A DNA stretch of 64,000 nt from a phage. The stretch lies in the sequence record OZ346212.1; one strand, given 5' to 3'. Both the position numbers and the translations under genes were made by a program. The notes beneath the pieces are model-generated. The model was not told where the DNA came from. It worked only from the letters and a program-made list of their open reading frames with translations, and did not search any database. This document shows, piece after piece, positions 19,150 to 27,831 of the stretch. Within the stretch, counting starts at the first letter, position 1. Every line of letters begins with the position of its first letter.

Positions 19150-19194
19150 TTATTTTTAGATGGCCTTGACTCTAGGGCCATCAATAAAGTAAAT
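19150..19194 (+). repeat. conserved 45-bp promoter-associated element, copy 3
   Basis: Two substitutions relative to copies 1 and 2. Confidence 0.6.
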
Positions 19195-19233
19195 TTAAAC
19201 CCTGTTAAAATACCACGCAGTTAACAAGGAGTA

Positions 19234-19539
19234 ATGATCATGTTTATCCAGGCTAATAATCTTTATTTCTTTGATGGTCAGATCGTAGATGGTGTGGAAG
19301 TGGAGATCACTGGGTGCCCTGGTGGTCAGGCTATGACTTTTCGGAATAATGCCTTTGATGATTCTCATATCGTTATGAGAATGGAAGTTACAAAGCTGGA
19401 CGACAAGAAAACGCTCATTGACTATTCCGTGAAAGATCATCCAGACTACCACATGATCTATGGTGATTTGTGCATTGTTGACCGTGACAAGGTGGGCGGC
19501 ATTGTGATCGCTATTGTGAACGATGTTTTCTCTGTATAG
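19234..19539 (+). CDS. hypothetical early protein
   Basis: RBS CAAGGAG. Confidence 0.5.
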   Translation: MIMFIQANNLYFFDGQIVDGVEVEITGCPGGQAMTFRNNAFDDSHIVMRMEVTKLDDKKTLIDYSVKDHPDYHMIYGDLCIVDRDKVGGIVIAIVNDVFSV

Positions 19540-19600
19540 TTCCGGCAAATGATGCAAAATAAGGCCCCTAGCAGGGCCTACAGCGATATAATCACATAAA

Positions 19601-19630
19601 GGCCATGCAACCGCATGGCCTTTATTATTT
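19601..19630 (+). terminator. intrinsic terminator
   Basis: GGCCATGC-aacc-GCATGGCC followed by TTTATTATTT. Confidence 0.7.
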
Positions 19631-19678
19631 TGGCGTTACAGCGGCCCCAAGGCGCTTAAAAATTTTTTAAAGAAGTAC

Positions 19679-19706
19679 TTGCATCAAGCCCTACAATATG
19701 GATAAT
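19679..19706 (+). promoter_or_regulatory. sigma70-like promoter (TTGCAT-N16-GATAAT)
   Basis: Read from sequence. Confidence 0.5.
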
Positions 19707-19717
19707 AGGACGTGTCA

Positions 19718-19731
19718 GGGGGGGGGGGGGG
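19718..19731 (+). repeat. G14 homopolymeric tract in 5' leader
   Basis: 14 consecutive G between the -10 box and the RBS of gene 19771. Confidence 0.9.
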
Positions 19732-19770
19732 AGGCCCCAATCATTAACCGGATAGATAGGAGTTAAAACC

Positions 19771-20055
19771 ATGGCTATTGTTACCGCTGGCGATGTAGTA
19801 GAAATGGAAGCAAAATACTTAAAAGCGGGTATGCATATCCTACGCAACGATCTTGAACTGGTCCTGACAATGGTTGACTATAACCCAGGGCAAGATTATC
19901 CAAGTGTTGACTACTTTTTTGAGTATGTTGATGAAGAGTTGAAAGAGGATGAGGCCTATTGCGGTGAGTTCTGCAACTTCTTTTGTCCTGATGAGGTTGT
20001 AAAGGTTATCTATCAACCTGGCGTAGCTTTCCCGCTGCACGCTATCAATAAATAA
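19771..20055 (+). CDS. hypothetical early protein
   Basis: RBS TAGGAG. Confidence 0.5.
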   Translation: MAIVTAGDVVEMEAKYLKAGMHILRNDLELVLTMVDYNPGQDYPSVDYFFEYVDEELKEDEAYCGEFCNFFCPDEVVKVIYQPGVAFPLHAINK

Positions 20056-20117
20056 ACCTGGCGGGGCCGAAAAGGCCCCCGCCTGAAATTATGAAAAATA
20101 AAAAGAGGCAAACTATC

Positions 20118-20351
20118 ATGATGGAACAAATTAAACGCGCTGAGGCTATTAATGGCAATGTAATCTATTTTGTCAGCAAAAACGAAAAAGGCGTACCCTA
20201 TGCGGCGGTAATAGTACAGCCTGACGGCGATTATTGGTGCACTGTGTACGGCGCTTATTCTTTTGGGCGTCCAGTGCATGATAAAATTTTGAAAGTAGCG
20301 AACCCTACCGGGAAAAATATTACAGCAGAAAAATTTTTTGAAAAAAGTTGA
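20118..20351 (+). CDS. hypothetical early protein
   Basis: Start moved to ATG 20118 after RBS AAGAGG. Confidence 0.5.
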   Translation: MMEQIKRAEAINGNVIYFVSKNEKGVPYAAVIVQPDGDYWCTVYGAYSFGRPVHDKILKVANPTGKNITAEKFFEKS

Positions 20352-20375
20352 CATGACCATATAAAACTGTAGTAT
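20348..20375 (+). promoter_or_regulatory. sigma70-like promoter (TTGACA-N16-TAGTAT)
   Basis: Read from sequence. Confidence 0.5.
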
Positions 20376-20427
20376 ATAAATCAAAGGGGGCAACAAGCCC
20401 CACCAACCACAAAGAGGATAAAAAATC

Positions 20428-20607
20428 ATGGCTATTATTGCAAAGACCGAGATCGTAGGCTTAGATTCTATTCTCCTCGCATATGAGGAAGCTATAGAAA
20501 TGTATGTGGTTTCCTATGGTGAGTATATCCGTGAATATGAATCTATTGATCTAGCTTTTGAATGTTATATTCGCCAGGTTAATAAAGCGTACGATGATTA
20601 TCGTTAA
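20428..20607 (+). CDS. hypothetical early protein (59 aa)
   Basis: Not in ORF track; RBS AAGAGGA. Confidence 0.45.
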   Translation: MAIIAKTEIVGLDSILLAYEEAIEMYVVSYGEYIREYESIDLAFECYIRQVNKAYDDYR

Positions 20608-20698
20608 AATAGTTTGACAACAAACAACCATCTAACAAAGCATAATACATAAGGTGGTAGAATGATCCGCCACCCGGAACAAAGAAGAGGTAAACACC

Positions 20699-20944
20699 AT
20701 GAAAAGCAATAAAGGTTATAACGGTTACAAAAACAAAACTCATTGGAATGTAAGCCTTTGGATTAATAACGATGAGTCATTGTACCGGTTGGCCCAAGGA
20801 TTTATTAACGCTAATGCTAATCGTAATGATGCGGCGCGGGATATGATGCTTTTTCTGGAGCTAACCGGACAAGATAAGACCCCGGACGGCTTCAAGTACA
20901 GCACTACGGCGATCCGTGCCGCGATGGTTGGAATGAAACACTAA
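20699..20944 (+). CDS. hypothetical early protein
   Basis: RBS AGAAGAGG. Confidence 0.5.
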   Translation: MKSNKGYNGYKNKTHWNVSLWINNDESLYRLAQGFINANANRNDAARDMMLFLELTGQDKTPDGFKYSTTAIRAAMVGMKH

Positions 20945-21271
20945 AAGCACATAGCCGCCAGATCTCAGAATTTACGTACGCTCACCAGTCTATAGCCTGC
21001 TAAGTATTTATTCCAACCATAGAATAACGGAATAGTCAATACCTGCATAAAATAATTATTCGTGTAAACTGCATAACATAAATCGGCTAGGATGTCAACA
21101 TTTTTCGTAAACAGCTCGAAATTATAACGGTGAGTTATAATAAACAGAGAAATCTTTAGTCGTCTAATGTTTACTGTACATTACTATACTGACTGGAATC
21201 ATTAGATGACTAAGAGAAAGATAAGAAATCATTAACAATGCAATTGTTTTATTCGTAACAATAAGGCAACT

Positions 21272-21563
21272 ATGCAAACGGATGGCATGGCGCGACGGAG
21301 TCGCGACATAATATAAAAGCAGTAACCATCACCCCCGTGATAGTTTGTCTGCAAACTATTAATCAGATCATAGTTGCCTTGTATTTAGTTAATCATGACA
21401 TAACAAGCAAGGCAACTATAGATCTGCTAATAGTTGCCCTGCTTTTATATTATGTCATAGATTATTAGCCTGTTAATTGTTAGTCAGTCAAATCAACAAC
21501 GTTATCATTTCAGTCTTTATTGTTGTTGATCGTTATTGTTATCATGCAAACGAATGGCATGGC
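21272..21563. repeat. dyad-symmetry cluster bounded by 20-bp direct repeats
   Basis: ATGCAAACG(G/A)ATGGCATGGC at 21272 and 21544; between them AGGCAACTAT in both orientations, ATGACATAA/TTATGTCAT and CGCGAC/GTCGCG palindromes. Confidence 0.6.
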
Positions 21564-21936
21564 TTATCATTTTTGAGTAAACAATCTATACGTGAACAGT
21601 GAGGCAAGTTAGCAGCCGATAGATTAGATATTAACCTGCAGACTTCTGACCGTCTAGACGTCTAAACGCCCACACAACAAGGATTATACATACAATACTG
21701 AATGTAAACAGGGCCGCAAAAATGCTACCATACCACAGATTGTAAATTTTTCATGCAGCACTTGACAAAGAGGAGAACTTAATTTTATCAGGATAGGCAA
21801 GAATGTCAAGGCATGACTGCTCACTAAACAAGCAAACAGTCATGTGTGGGAGGTAAGTGATTGTGGTGGTAGGAAATTTAGTTGAAAGATGTGTTATAGG
21901 TGCTTCCAGCACTTTAGCCGGGCAGCTAATTGTGTG

Positions 21937-22152
21937 TCAGTCCAGCGGTTCATCCTCTACTTCACTGAAATCAATGTTCATGGTCTCTTCCCAACCATCG
22001 ATCTCAGCACAAGAGTGGAGTTCTTTAGGGTTTACTCCTAAAGCCTCAGCAACAGAGTCTATATTTAACACCTCTGGCAGGTATGATTCATCAAATTCAA
22101 GGTAAATCAGGCCACGAGTGTTGTCAGCTCCACCAAATATTTCTATCTTCAT
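21937..22152 (-). CDS. hypothetical acidic protein
   Basis: ORF track. Confidence 0.45.
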   Translation of the reverse strand: MKIEIFGGADNTRGLIYLEFDESYLPEVLNIDSVAEALGVNPKELHSCAEIDGWEETMNIDFSEVEDEPLD

Positions 22153-22273
22153 AAAATCTCCTCTGGAAATGAGAGTGTGAACAGGGTTTTATACGTCCCA
22201 ATGCACAGGAATTATGCACGTTTTCCTCTTCAGGCCATGCTTTAGCATGAGGAACCTGTGTGGGCTCGGTGCT

Positions 22274-22486
22274 TCATAGTCTACCACCTCTGAACTCTTC
22301 GTGCTCAGGCATAATAGAGAACCAGATATCTACGATGTCCTCCCACGTCAGGTCATCAGCCTCAGGATCTGTCTGGGACGAAGATGAAGAGTCCTCAGAA
22401 TCTAAGTTTTCCTCTTTAACTGGCTCATCCAAGGGACATATGGTCACTCCTTCGGATGTCTCTTCAGATGCATGTGTGTTGATCAT
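22274..22486 (-). CDS. hypothetical acidic protein
   Basis: ORF track. Confidence 0.45.
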   Translation of the reverse strand: MINTHASEETSEGVTICPLDEPVKEENLDSEDSSSSSQTDPEADDLTWEDIVDIWFSIMPEHEEFRGGRL

Positions 22487-22780
22487 GTTCCACCCGTGAG
22501 TATTCCGGCAACAGCTGCTATGGACGTAATGATCATCAGGATCACCACTAAAACTTCGGACAATGTTCTCATTGTGTACTCCATATTCTACAAACTATGT
22601 GTGGATACTATCACTGGATCGGTAATGTGTCAACAGAAACGCCGCGAGGGTTTGGTTAAAATCCGAGCGTATGGTGATTTGGGTCAAAACGGACGTGCGT
22701 TCTCGCTACGCTCGAAAGAGAGATTTGTTTGTAGGAAGCTCTTAAACGCTCTGTAATGAGATTATCTGTCCAAGGTATGC

Positions 22781-22812
22781 AATCGTGCACCAGATAAAGA
22801 AAAGGACGCCAC
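22781..22812 (-). terminator. intrinsic terminator (minus strand)
   Basis: AGGACGC-loop-GCGTCCT followed on minus strand by TTTCTTTAT. Confidence 0.55.
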
Positions 22813-22846
22813 AGAGCGTCCTAGGTGTCTTAAATTTGATATTTTG

Positions 22847-23158
22847 CTATACCCATGAGGGCTTATCAAGGTTGGAGTAGCTGAAAGGTGTCAAAAGGTG
22901 ACTGTCAAAATCTCTCAAACTATCTAAATCTTTTTCCTCGTCCTGACACCATCTGTGCCTACATTTATTGTTGTAGTGCATAGAATGCATAGCGTTCTGC
23001 AACTTAACAGGTACAAGTGATTCAGGAGTAGATAGTATTGTTGGGTATGCCAGAATCACCTCAAACAGTGGAAACACATCGAAACTAAAGTCTACCTCTG
23101 CAGAGGTTGATGGCATATAGGAGTATTTAGCCGCCTTTGTAGACATAATCCACCTCAC
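22847..23158 (-). CDS. hypothetical protein
   Basis: ORF track. Confidence 0.5.
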   Translation of the reverse strand: MRWIMSTKAAKYSYMPSTSAEVDFSFDVFPLFEVILAYPTILSTPESLVPVKLQNAMHSMHYNNKCRHRWCQDEEKDLDSLRDFDSHLLTPFSYSNLDKPSWV

Positions 23159-23481
23159 ACAGGTTTGATAATACCTTTACCGAATAATTCTTCGTATCTA
23201 ATCTTATCCGGATCCCACTCTTGGATAATTTCGAAGACAATATCCAACCCAGGGATAATCACTTCTCCAGTGTCAAGTTTGGCAAGAACAAAACCAGAAG
23301 GCTGAATGGTTTCCCAGTTGCGCCGATTGGAATAGAAGACCTCGAAAATATCGCCGACCTTTATCTGTTGATCAAGATGTTCAAGATTCTCTTTCATATA
23401 GACGCAGCGGATTTTTCGTGCAGGCCATAGACCACCTGCATCACGTTCATTTAGCTCTTTTACAGTAATCGGTATACCCAT
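23155..23481 (-). CDS. hypothetical protein
   Basis: ORF track; ATGA coupling. Confidence 0.5.
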   Translation of the reverse strand: MGIPITVKELNERDAGGLWPARKIRCVYMKENLEHLDQQIKVGDIFEVFYSNRRNWETIQPSGFVLAKLDTGEVIIPGLDIVFEIIQEWDPDKIRYEELFGKGIIKPV

Positions 23482-23534
23482 CTCAAATCTCCTTCATAGA
23501 TAGTAAAGAGGGGCCCAAGCCCCCCTCTTTGTCA

Positions 23535-23840
23535 TCATTCTACAGAGCGTTTGAACAGAATGTCTGCCTCAGACATGTGCTCAACCTCTTCTTCGATTTT
23601 AGCGCGACGTTTTTCAGCCTCATAGCGAATATCGAACTCGGTAGCCACCAGAGATTTGATGAATTTAGGAGAATACAGGTGATCCTGCTTCTCAACGAGA
23701 ATGATATCCTTAATGGCATCTTTCAGATCTTTAATCTGAAGTTGGAGTTCTACCAGTTCTTCGATTGTTTTGCGAAGGCGATCACGCTCTGCAGTGTCAG
23801 AAGGAAGAGAGGTGAACAGTTCAACTTTAGATTTAGCCAT
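23535..23840 (-). CDS. hypothetical protein
   Basis: ORF track. Confidence 0.5.
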   Translation of the reverse strand: MAKSKVELFTSLPSDTAERDRLRKTIEELVELQLQIKDLKDAIKDIILVEKQDHLYSPKFIKSLVATEFDIRYEAEKRRAKIEEEVEHMSEADILFKRSVE

Positions 23841-23868
23841 AGTAAGAGTCTCCTTATGTTGTTTTAAA

Positions 23869-24120
23869 TTAACGTTCTACAAAAATACCGTTCAGTTCAA
23901 TAACCAGGAATTTCTGGTCTTCACTATCGTCTCGTGCCAGCACCTCACAGACGTATCGGTCATCCCCATCATCATCGCAGTCAAATACAAGACTGAGGAC
24001 TTTATCATGGTAAACCTTCGCCACTACCGCCTCGTAAGTATTGCCGATTGTGAATCCAAGATAATCTCCGATGCATTTGACAACAACATGGTCTCCAGCA
24101 TTTAAGTCAATCTTCGTCAT
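23869..24120 (-). CDS. hypothetical protein
   Basis: Start moved to ATG at 24120 after RBS AAGGAG. Confidence 0.5.
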   Translation of the reverse strand: MTKIDLNAGDHVVVKCIGDYLGFTIGNTYEAVVAKVYHDKVLSLVFDCDDDGDDRYVCEVLARDDSEDQKFLVIELNGIFVER

Positions 24121-24247
24121 TACTGCGCTCCTTGGGTAATAATACTGTATGTAAAACTTTAACCAGAGATGTGAATAACGCCCCAAAACACACCGATAGC
24201 GCTAAAACAGACAAGGCCATCATTAAAGCTTCAGTAAAATCAGTCAT
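24107..24247 (-). CDS. small membrane protein (46 aa)
   Basis: Not in ORF track; RBS AGAGGTGAG; hydrophobic core. Confidence 0.4.
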   Translation of the reverse strand: MTDFTEALMMALSVLALSVCFGALFTSLVKVLHTVLLPKERSNDED

Positions 24248-24275
24248 TCCTCACCTCTTGTTAGCCACTATACTA

Positions 24276-24539
24276 TCATTTATCCTTTTCGTCAAGAACT
24301 TTTTTAAATCTTTCAGGGATATCTCCCGTTCTTAGATAGTTCATGACCTCGCAAGGTTCCCACTTGAATTTCTTACAGAGCAGGGCGGCTGAGATTGTTT
24401 CATTGCGAAAAGAAAGGATATTAATATCCCACTCTGAGAACCCCAACTTCCGAAGGGTAGCTACAGAAATCCTCACCGCAACCCAGCAGCAAAAACATGC
24501 AACAAACGCCACTGCTACAACCCACATCAGGATGTTCAT
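24276..24539 (-). CDS. membrane-anchored protein
   Basis: N-terminal TM helix. Confidence 0.5.
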   Translation of the reverse strand: MNILMWVVAVAFVACFCCWVAVRISVATLRKLGFSEWDINILSFRNETISAALLCKKFKWEPCEVMNYLRTGDIPERFKKVLDEKDK

Positions 24540-24628
24540 ATAAGCACCTTACTGAAATACAAGACACAGTGTTAAGGTTACTGACCAGCAAATAATTAGC
24601 AGGACCATTGCAACCTTGGCAAGATTTA

Positions 24629-24916
24629 TCATAGTGCCTCTAAGATTTCATATCCTTCAGGTCGAAATACAAGCCACTCCGTGGCTCCGTTTGGTCGATA
24701 CGCTTTATACAGAACAACCTGATCTCGGCACATGCACATGGCTACATAGTTTTCATCCACACCTGCAGCCTGCATTGCATCTTCTTCTCCGGCAACTGCT
24801 TTGCTTACAACTTCCTTGGTAGGTAGGTGTGCGATCAGCTCGTCACCATCATTAATTCCAAAATGACTGAGTTCTCCATTGGTATCTTTAATCTTAATCT
24901 TAACCAGATCTTTCAT
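24629..24916 (-). CDS. hypothetical protein (small acidic family)
   Basis: ORF track. Confidence 0.5.
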   Translation of the reverse strand: MKDLVKIKIKDTNGELSHFGINDGDELIAHLPTKEVVSKAVAGEEDAMQAAGVDENYVAMCMCRDQVVLYKAYRPNGATEWLVFRPEGYEILEAL

Positions 24917-25245
24917 TAGTCTTTCTCCAGGTTCAAAGGTCCTAAGATTTCATATGCCAGATTAGAAGTTACCAGAGGGTCTTCTGCATCTTTAGTATTG
25001 TACCACCCGTGAATAACCAGAGTCCCACTTTGTTTCATATCCAACTGGAACTGTTCTGCAGTTTCCTCATCCAGCTCCAAGATTTCCATAAGGTATTTGA
25101 TGTTAGGAAGGTATGCAGCTGTTACAGTTCCCTCCACCAAACCTTCGGGCCAACCTACATCCGGATGACAAGTAGGAACCAGGTTGGTCAACTTAATGGT
25201 GTACGCTTTTTCTGCACGAGCCTTCAGTAACGGGTCAATCTTCAT
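24916..25245 (-). CDS. hypothetical protein
   Basis: ORF track. Confidence 0.5.
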   Translation of the reverse strand: MKIDPLLKARAEKAYTIKLTNLVPTCHPDVGWPEGLVEGTVTAAYLPNIKYLMEILELDEETAEQFQLDMKQSGTLVIHGWYNTKDAEDPLVTSNLAYEILGPLNLEKD

Positions 25246-25595
25246 TATTCGTCCTCCTCTTCGGTGCCTGCTTCCAGTAATAAGTTAAGAATATCTTCTG
25301 CACAAGGCTCATAGAACTCTTGGCCTTCATTATCGATGATTTTGTAGTCATCTCCACGAATAATCAGGGGATCACTCTCAAAATTATCGAGACCTTTAAC
25401 AACGACAACACGATCGATTGCCATCATTGTAAGAACTTTATCGACATCTTCCTCTGCTACACCATACTGCAGCAGAATGTCTTTGGTAGGAGGAACAGCA
25501 TCCACCACAACGCCGTTACCAAAACCTTCTGGAAGTTTAGCTAAAATATCTTCCGGAACCACATTCACATCAAAACCGGTAATTTCTACTTTCAT
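25245..25595 (-). CDS. hypothetical protein (MK(V/I)(E/K)I family)
   Basis: ORF track. Confidence 0.5.
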   Translation of the reverse strand: MKVEITGFDVNVVPEDILAKLPEGFGNGVVVDAVPPTKDILLQYGVAEEDVDKVLTMMAIDRVVVVKGLDNFESDPLIIRGDDYKIIDNEGQEFYEPCAEDILNLLLEAGTEEEDE

Positions 25596-25856
25596 TTACA
25601 GCACCTCTTCGTCAACTACTTCATAAAAATGGCCTGGGATTGCAATAGCGTTCTCACCTTCACCTGCAAACACAGTTCCGTCAAGAATCAACATCATAAG
25701 AATTTCTGTAATATCCTCTTCCGGAACGTTGCCAAAACCTTTAATCAGCTCGTAGGTTGGAATATTTACATCTAAGATGTCACCATCTTTAGAACGGAAA
25801 TCAACACCGTCCTGAATCTCTGCCGTTTCAAGGTTTTTCAATTTAATCTTCATCAA
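25596..25856 (-). CDS. hypothetical protein (MK(V/I)K family)
   Basis: ORF track. Confidence 0.5.
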   Translation of the reverse strand: MMKIKLKNLETAEIQDGVDFRSKDGDILDVNIPTYELIKGFGNVPEEDITEILMMLILDGTVFAGEGENAIAIPGHFYEVVDEEVL

Positions 25857-25932
25857 TCGGTCTCCTGTCTTGTTAAGATGAAGGTATTATTTCACACAGG
25901 GTTGGCGTTGTCAACACCTGTGTGCAAGAAAA

Positions 25933-26328
25933 TTACTGAAACAGTGCGGATAAATTACCTTCTGGTGGGAACTTATCTGCCAAAAACGGTGTTAGCACAG
26001 TAGCCTTCTGAAGATCTGGGGTCCACTCGTTGTTCAGAACATCCCAGTAGTACGCAATGTTGCTGTGTGGGTGCCGCATTACGAACTTTTTCCCTTCGTA
26101 GTCGTCTGAAACCTCTACAGAAGAAATAACAACAGAATCTTCAAGGGTTTCTTCATAGAAAGATCCCCCTTCAAATTTCCAACGAGATGCAAGAGCCCCT
26201 GCCTTGAACGCTGCAGATAACGGACTGTCGGCAAGAACATACATTTCTTGCACTCTGTCGCTGCGATCTTTGCTTCTTACGTTGTATACAGTATCTGAGC
26301 TATACTCAACACGGTATAGGCTTACCAT
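25933..26328 (-). CDS. hypothetical protein, paralog of 28140..28538
   Basis: Shared FV(M/I)(R/V)HP.S...YW.....(E/T)WTP block. Confidence 0.55.
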   Translation of the reverse strand: MVSLYRVEYSSDTVYNVRSKDRSDRVQEMYVLADSPLSAAFKAGALASRWKFEGGSFYEETLEDSVVISSVEVSDDYEGKKFVMRHPHSNIAYYWDVLNNEWTPDLQKATVLTPFLADKFPPEGNLSALFQ

Positions 26329-26660
26329 TACCGCACCTCCTCAATAACTTCCACATCTGAACCTACCACAAATGCAAAAGGACAGGTTTCATGAAAGACA
26401 TCTGGATCGCCGCCAAGCTTGCTAACAATCTCTCCACCACTAATAAACACAAGCTCACCGATATTCATCAGATTGCTGAAATAGTAACCATAATGATTAA
26501 AGAATGCAGCAGGGTCAGGTAGACTGGTAGCCTCAAGCACTACATCGGTTGAGGTTACTTTCTTATCATAACCTCTCGCCTTTTGAGATGCAAGATCTGC
26601 AGAATCCTCAGGAGACCGGAGATGCACAGGAATTGTTTCACCAATAAAGCGTACTTTCAT
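26328..26660 (-). CDS. hypothetical protein
   Basis: ORF track; start uncertain (26660 or 26687). Confidence 0.45.
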   Translation of the reverse strand: MKVRFIGETIPVHLRSPEDSADLASQKARGYDKKVTSTDVVLEATSLPDPAAFFNHYGYYFSNLMNIGELVFISGGEIVSKLGGDPDVFHETCPFAFVVGSDVEVIEEVR

Positions 26661-26664
26661 ATTA

Positions 26665-26928
26665 TCACCCAACAACCATAGCTTCAAAAGGAGTCATGAA
26701 CGAATAAACGGCATCATCATCTGCTTCAGGGAATGCTCCCAAAGACTTCATATCTGAACCCTTGACAAATACAAGGTTTTGATCAAAGGCTTCTTGGGGG
26801 TCAATCCGATACATATTTCGTAGAATATCGCTTACCTCCTCATCAAGAGGTGAGTATGCTGTGCACGTTTTTCCGATCAAGCTTTGAGAATCAGGGTATC
26901 CACCTGAAGTTTTAAAATAAACAATCAT
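26665..26928 (-). CDS. hypothetical protein
   Basis: ORF track. Confidence 0.5.
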   Translation of the reverse strand: MIVYFKTSGGYPDSQSLIGKTCTAYSPLDEEVSDILRNMYRIDPQEAFDQNLVFVKGSDMKSLGAFPEADDDAVYSFMTPFEAMVVG

Positions 26929-27019
26929 ATAGTATCACCTCTGGTAAGAGATTGGGATTCCTTTCCCACAAATAATTACAAATCTTCCTTATCGAGGAAG
27001 TATGCTAATCCAAGCAGGA

Positions 27020-27289
27020 TTATTCCTCTACAATCTCATACACATCAGGAGTTACAATCAACTCTTCTCCGTTACCCGGTGCAACAAACACCACCAAACC
27101 TTCAGGTGTGTGCTTTTTAGCCATCTCGATAACATCTTCTCGCAGAGCTGGCTCCATCAGATCAAAACCTTCACCCAGGGCATCACGAACCACCTTCATA
27201 TAGTCAACTGGTTGTGCTTCAACAATCATGCCTTCAACCAGTCCACAGTTTTTGTCTGCCAGCTCAGTTTTGAATAATTTAATTTTCAT
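27020..27289 (-). CDS. hypothetical protein (MKIK family)
   Basis: ORF track. Confidence 0.5.
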   Translation of the reverse strand: MKIKLFKTELADKNCGLVEGMIVEAQPVDYMKVVRDALGEGFDLMEPALREDVIEMAKKHTPEGLVVFVAPGNGEELIVTPDVYEIVEE

Positions 27290-27315
27290 TTAGAGGTCTC
27301 CTCAATTATTTGATA

Positions 27316-27417
27316 TTAATAGCCGTAACCTAACACATTAACTACAACTGCGATTGCAAACATAATTTCAAAGCATGCAATCTCTACATTTGGGACTAAT
27401 TTCTTAATCACACCCAT
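27316..27417 (-). CDS. small membrane peptide (33 aa)
   Basis: Not in ORF track; RBS GGAGAATGAGG; hydrophobic. Confidence 0.4.
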   Translation of the reverse strand: MGVIKKLVPNVEIACFEIMFAIAVVVNVLGYGY

Positions 27418-27426
27418 TGTAGCACC

Positions 27427-27747
27427 TCATTCTCCAAAGTCAATCTTTACTTTGCCTTTCCCCTTACCTTTCTTTCCACCGCATTTAGCCAGCTGACGTG
27501 CTGCAACATCTACCATACGGTCAGTTGCCTCGTAAGCATCACTGCCTTTAGCCTTGGCAATAACTTCTTTTCCAGAATTGTCAAAAATGAACGCCATAAC
27601 TTCCTGGTGATCATTTTCAACTTTTACACTTACACGTGCATAGTTAACAGAGGGATGTAAACGCTCCAGCTTGGACATTTTGCGGGAAATAAAAGATACC
27701 ATACCTTCTGTGATTTCTACATTGTTGCCAGTGATTTCAATTTGCAT
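27427..27747 (-). CDS. hpf: ribosome hibernation promoting factor (HPF/RaiA family)
   Basis: MQIEITGNNVEITEGM...KLER...YEATDRMVDVAARQLAK aligns along its length with E. coli HPF as I recall it (MQLNITGNNVEITEAL...KLEQ...YAAIDGLIDKLARQLTK). Confidence 0.8.
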   Translation of the reverse strand: MQIEITGNNVEITEGMVSFISRKMSKLERLHPSVNYARVSVKVENDHQEVMAFIFDNSGKEVIAKAKGSDAYEATDRMVDVAARQLAKCGGKKGKGKGKVKIDFGE

Positions 27748-27796
27748 AACGTGTTCCTTTTAAGGAAGAGGGAATAACTATCTCTCTTTGAAAACA

Positions 27797-27825
27797 ATGA
27801 TACTAAATCTGAAGCGTTGTGTCAA
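27797..27825 (-). promoter_or_regulatory. sigma70-like promoter for hpf (TTGACA-N17-TATCAT)
   Basis: Read on minus strand. Confidence 0.5.
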
Positions 27826-27831
27826 CAGTTT

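Noticed and set aside
20060-20083. GC hairpin after gene 19771..20055 as an intrinsic terminator
   Set aside because: No U-tract follows it; it belongs to the AACCTGGCGGGGCC motif family and may act as an RNA-stability or binding element instead.
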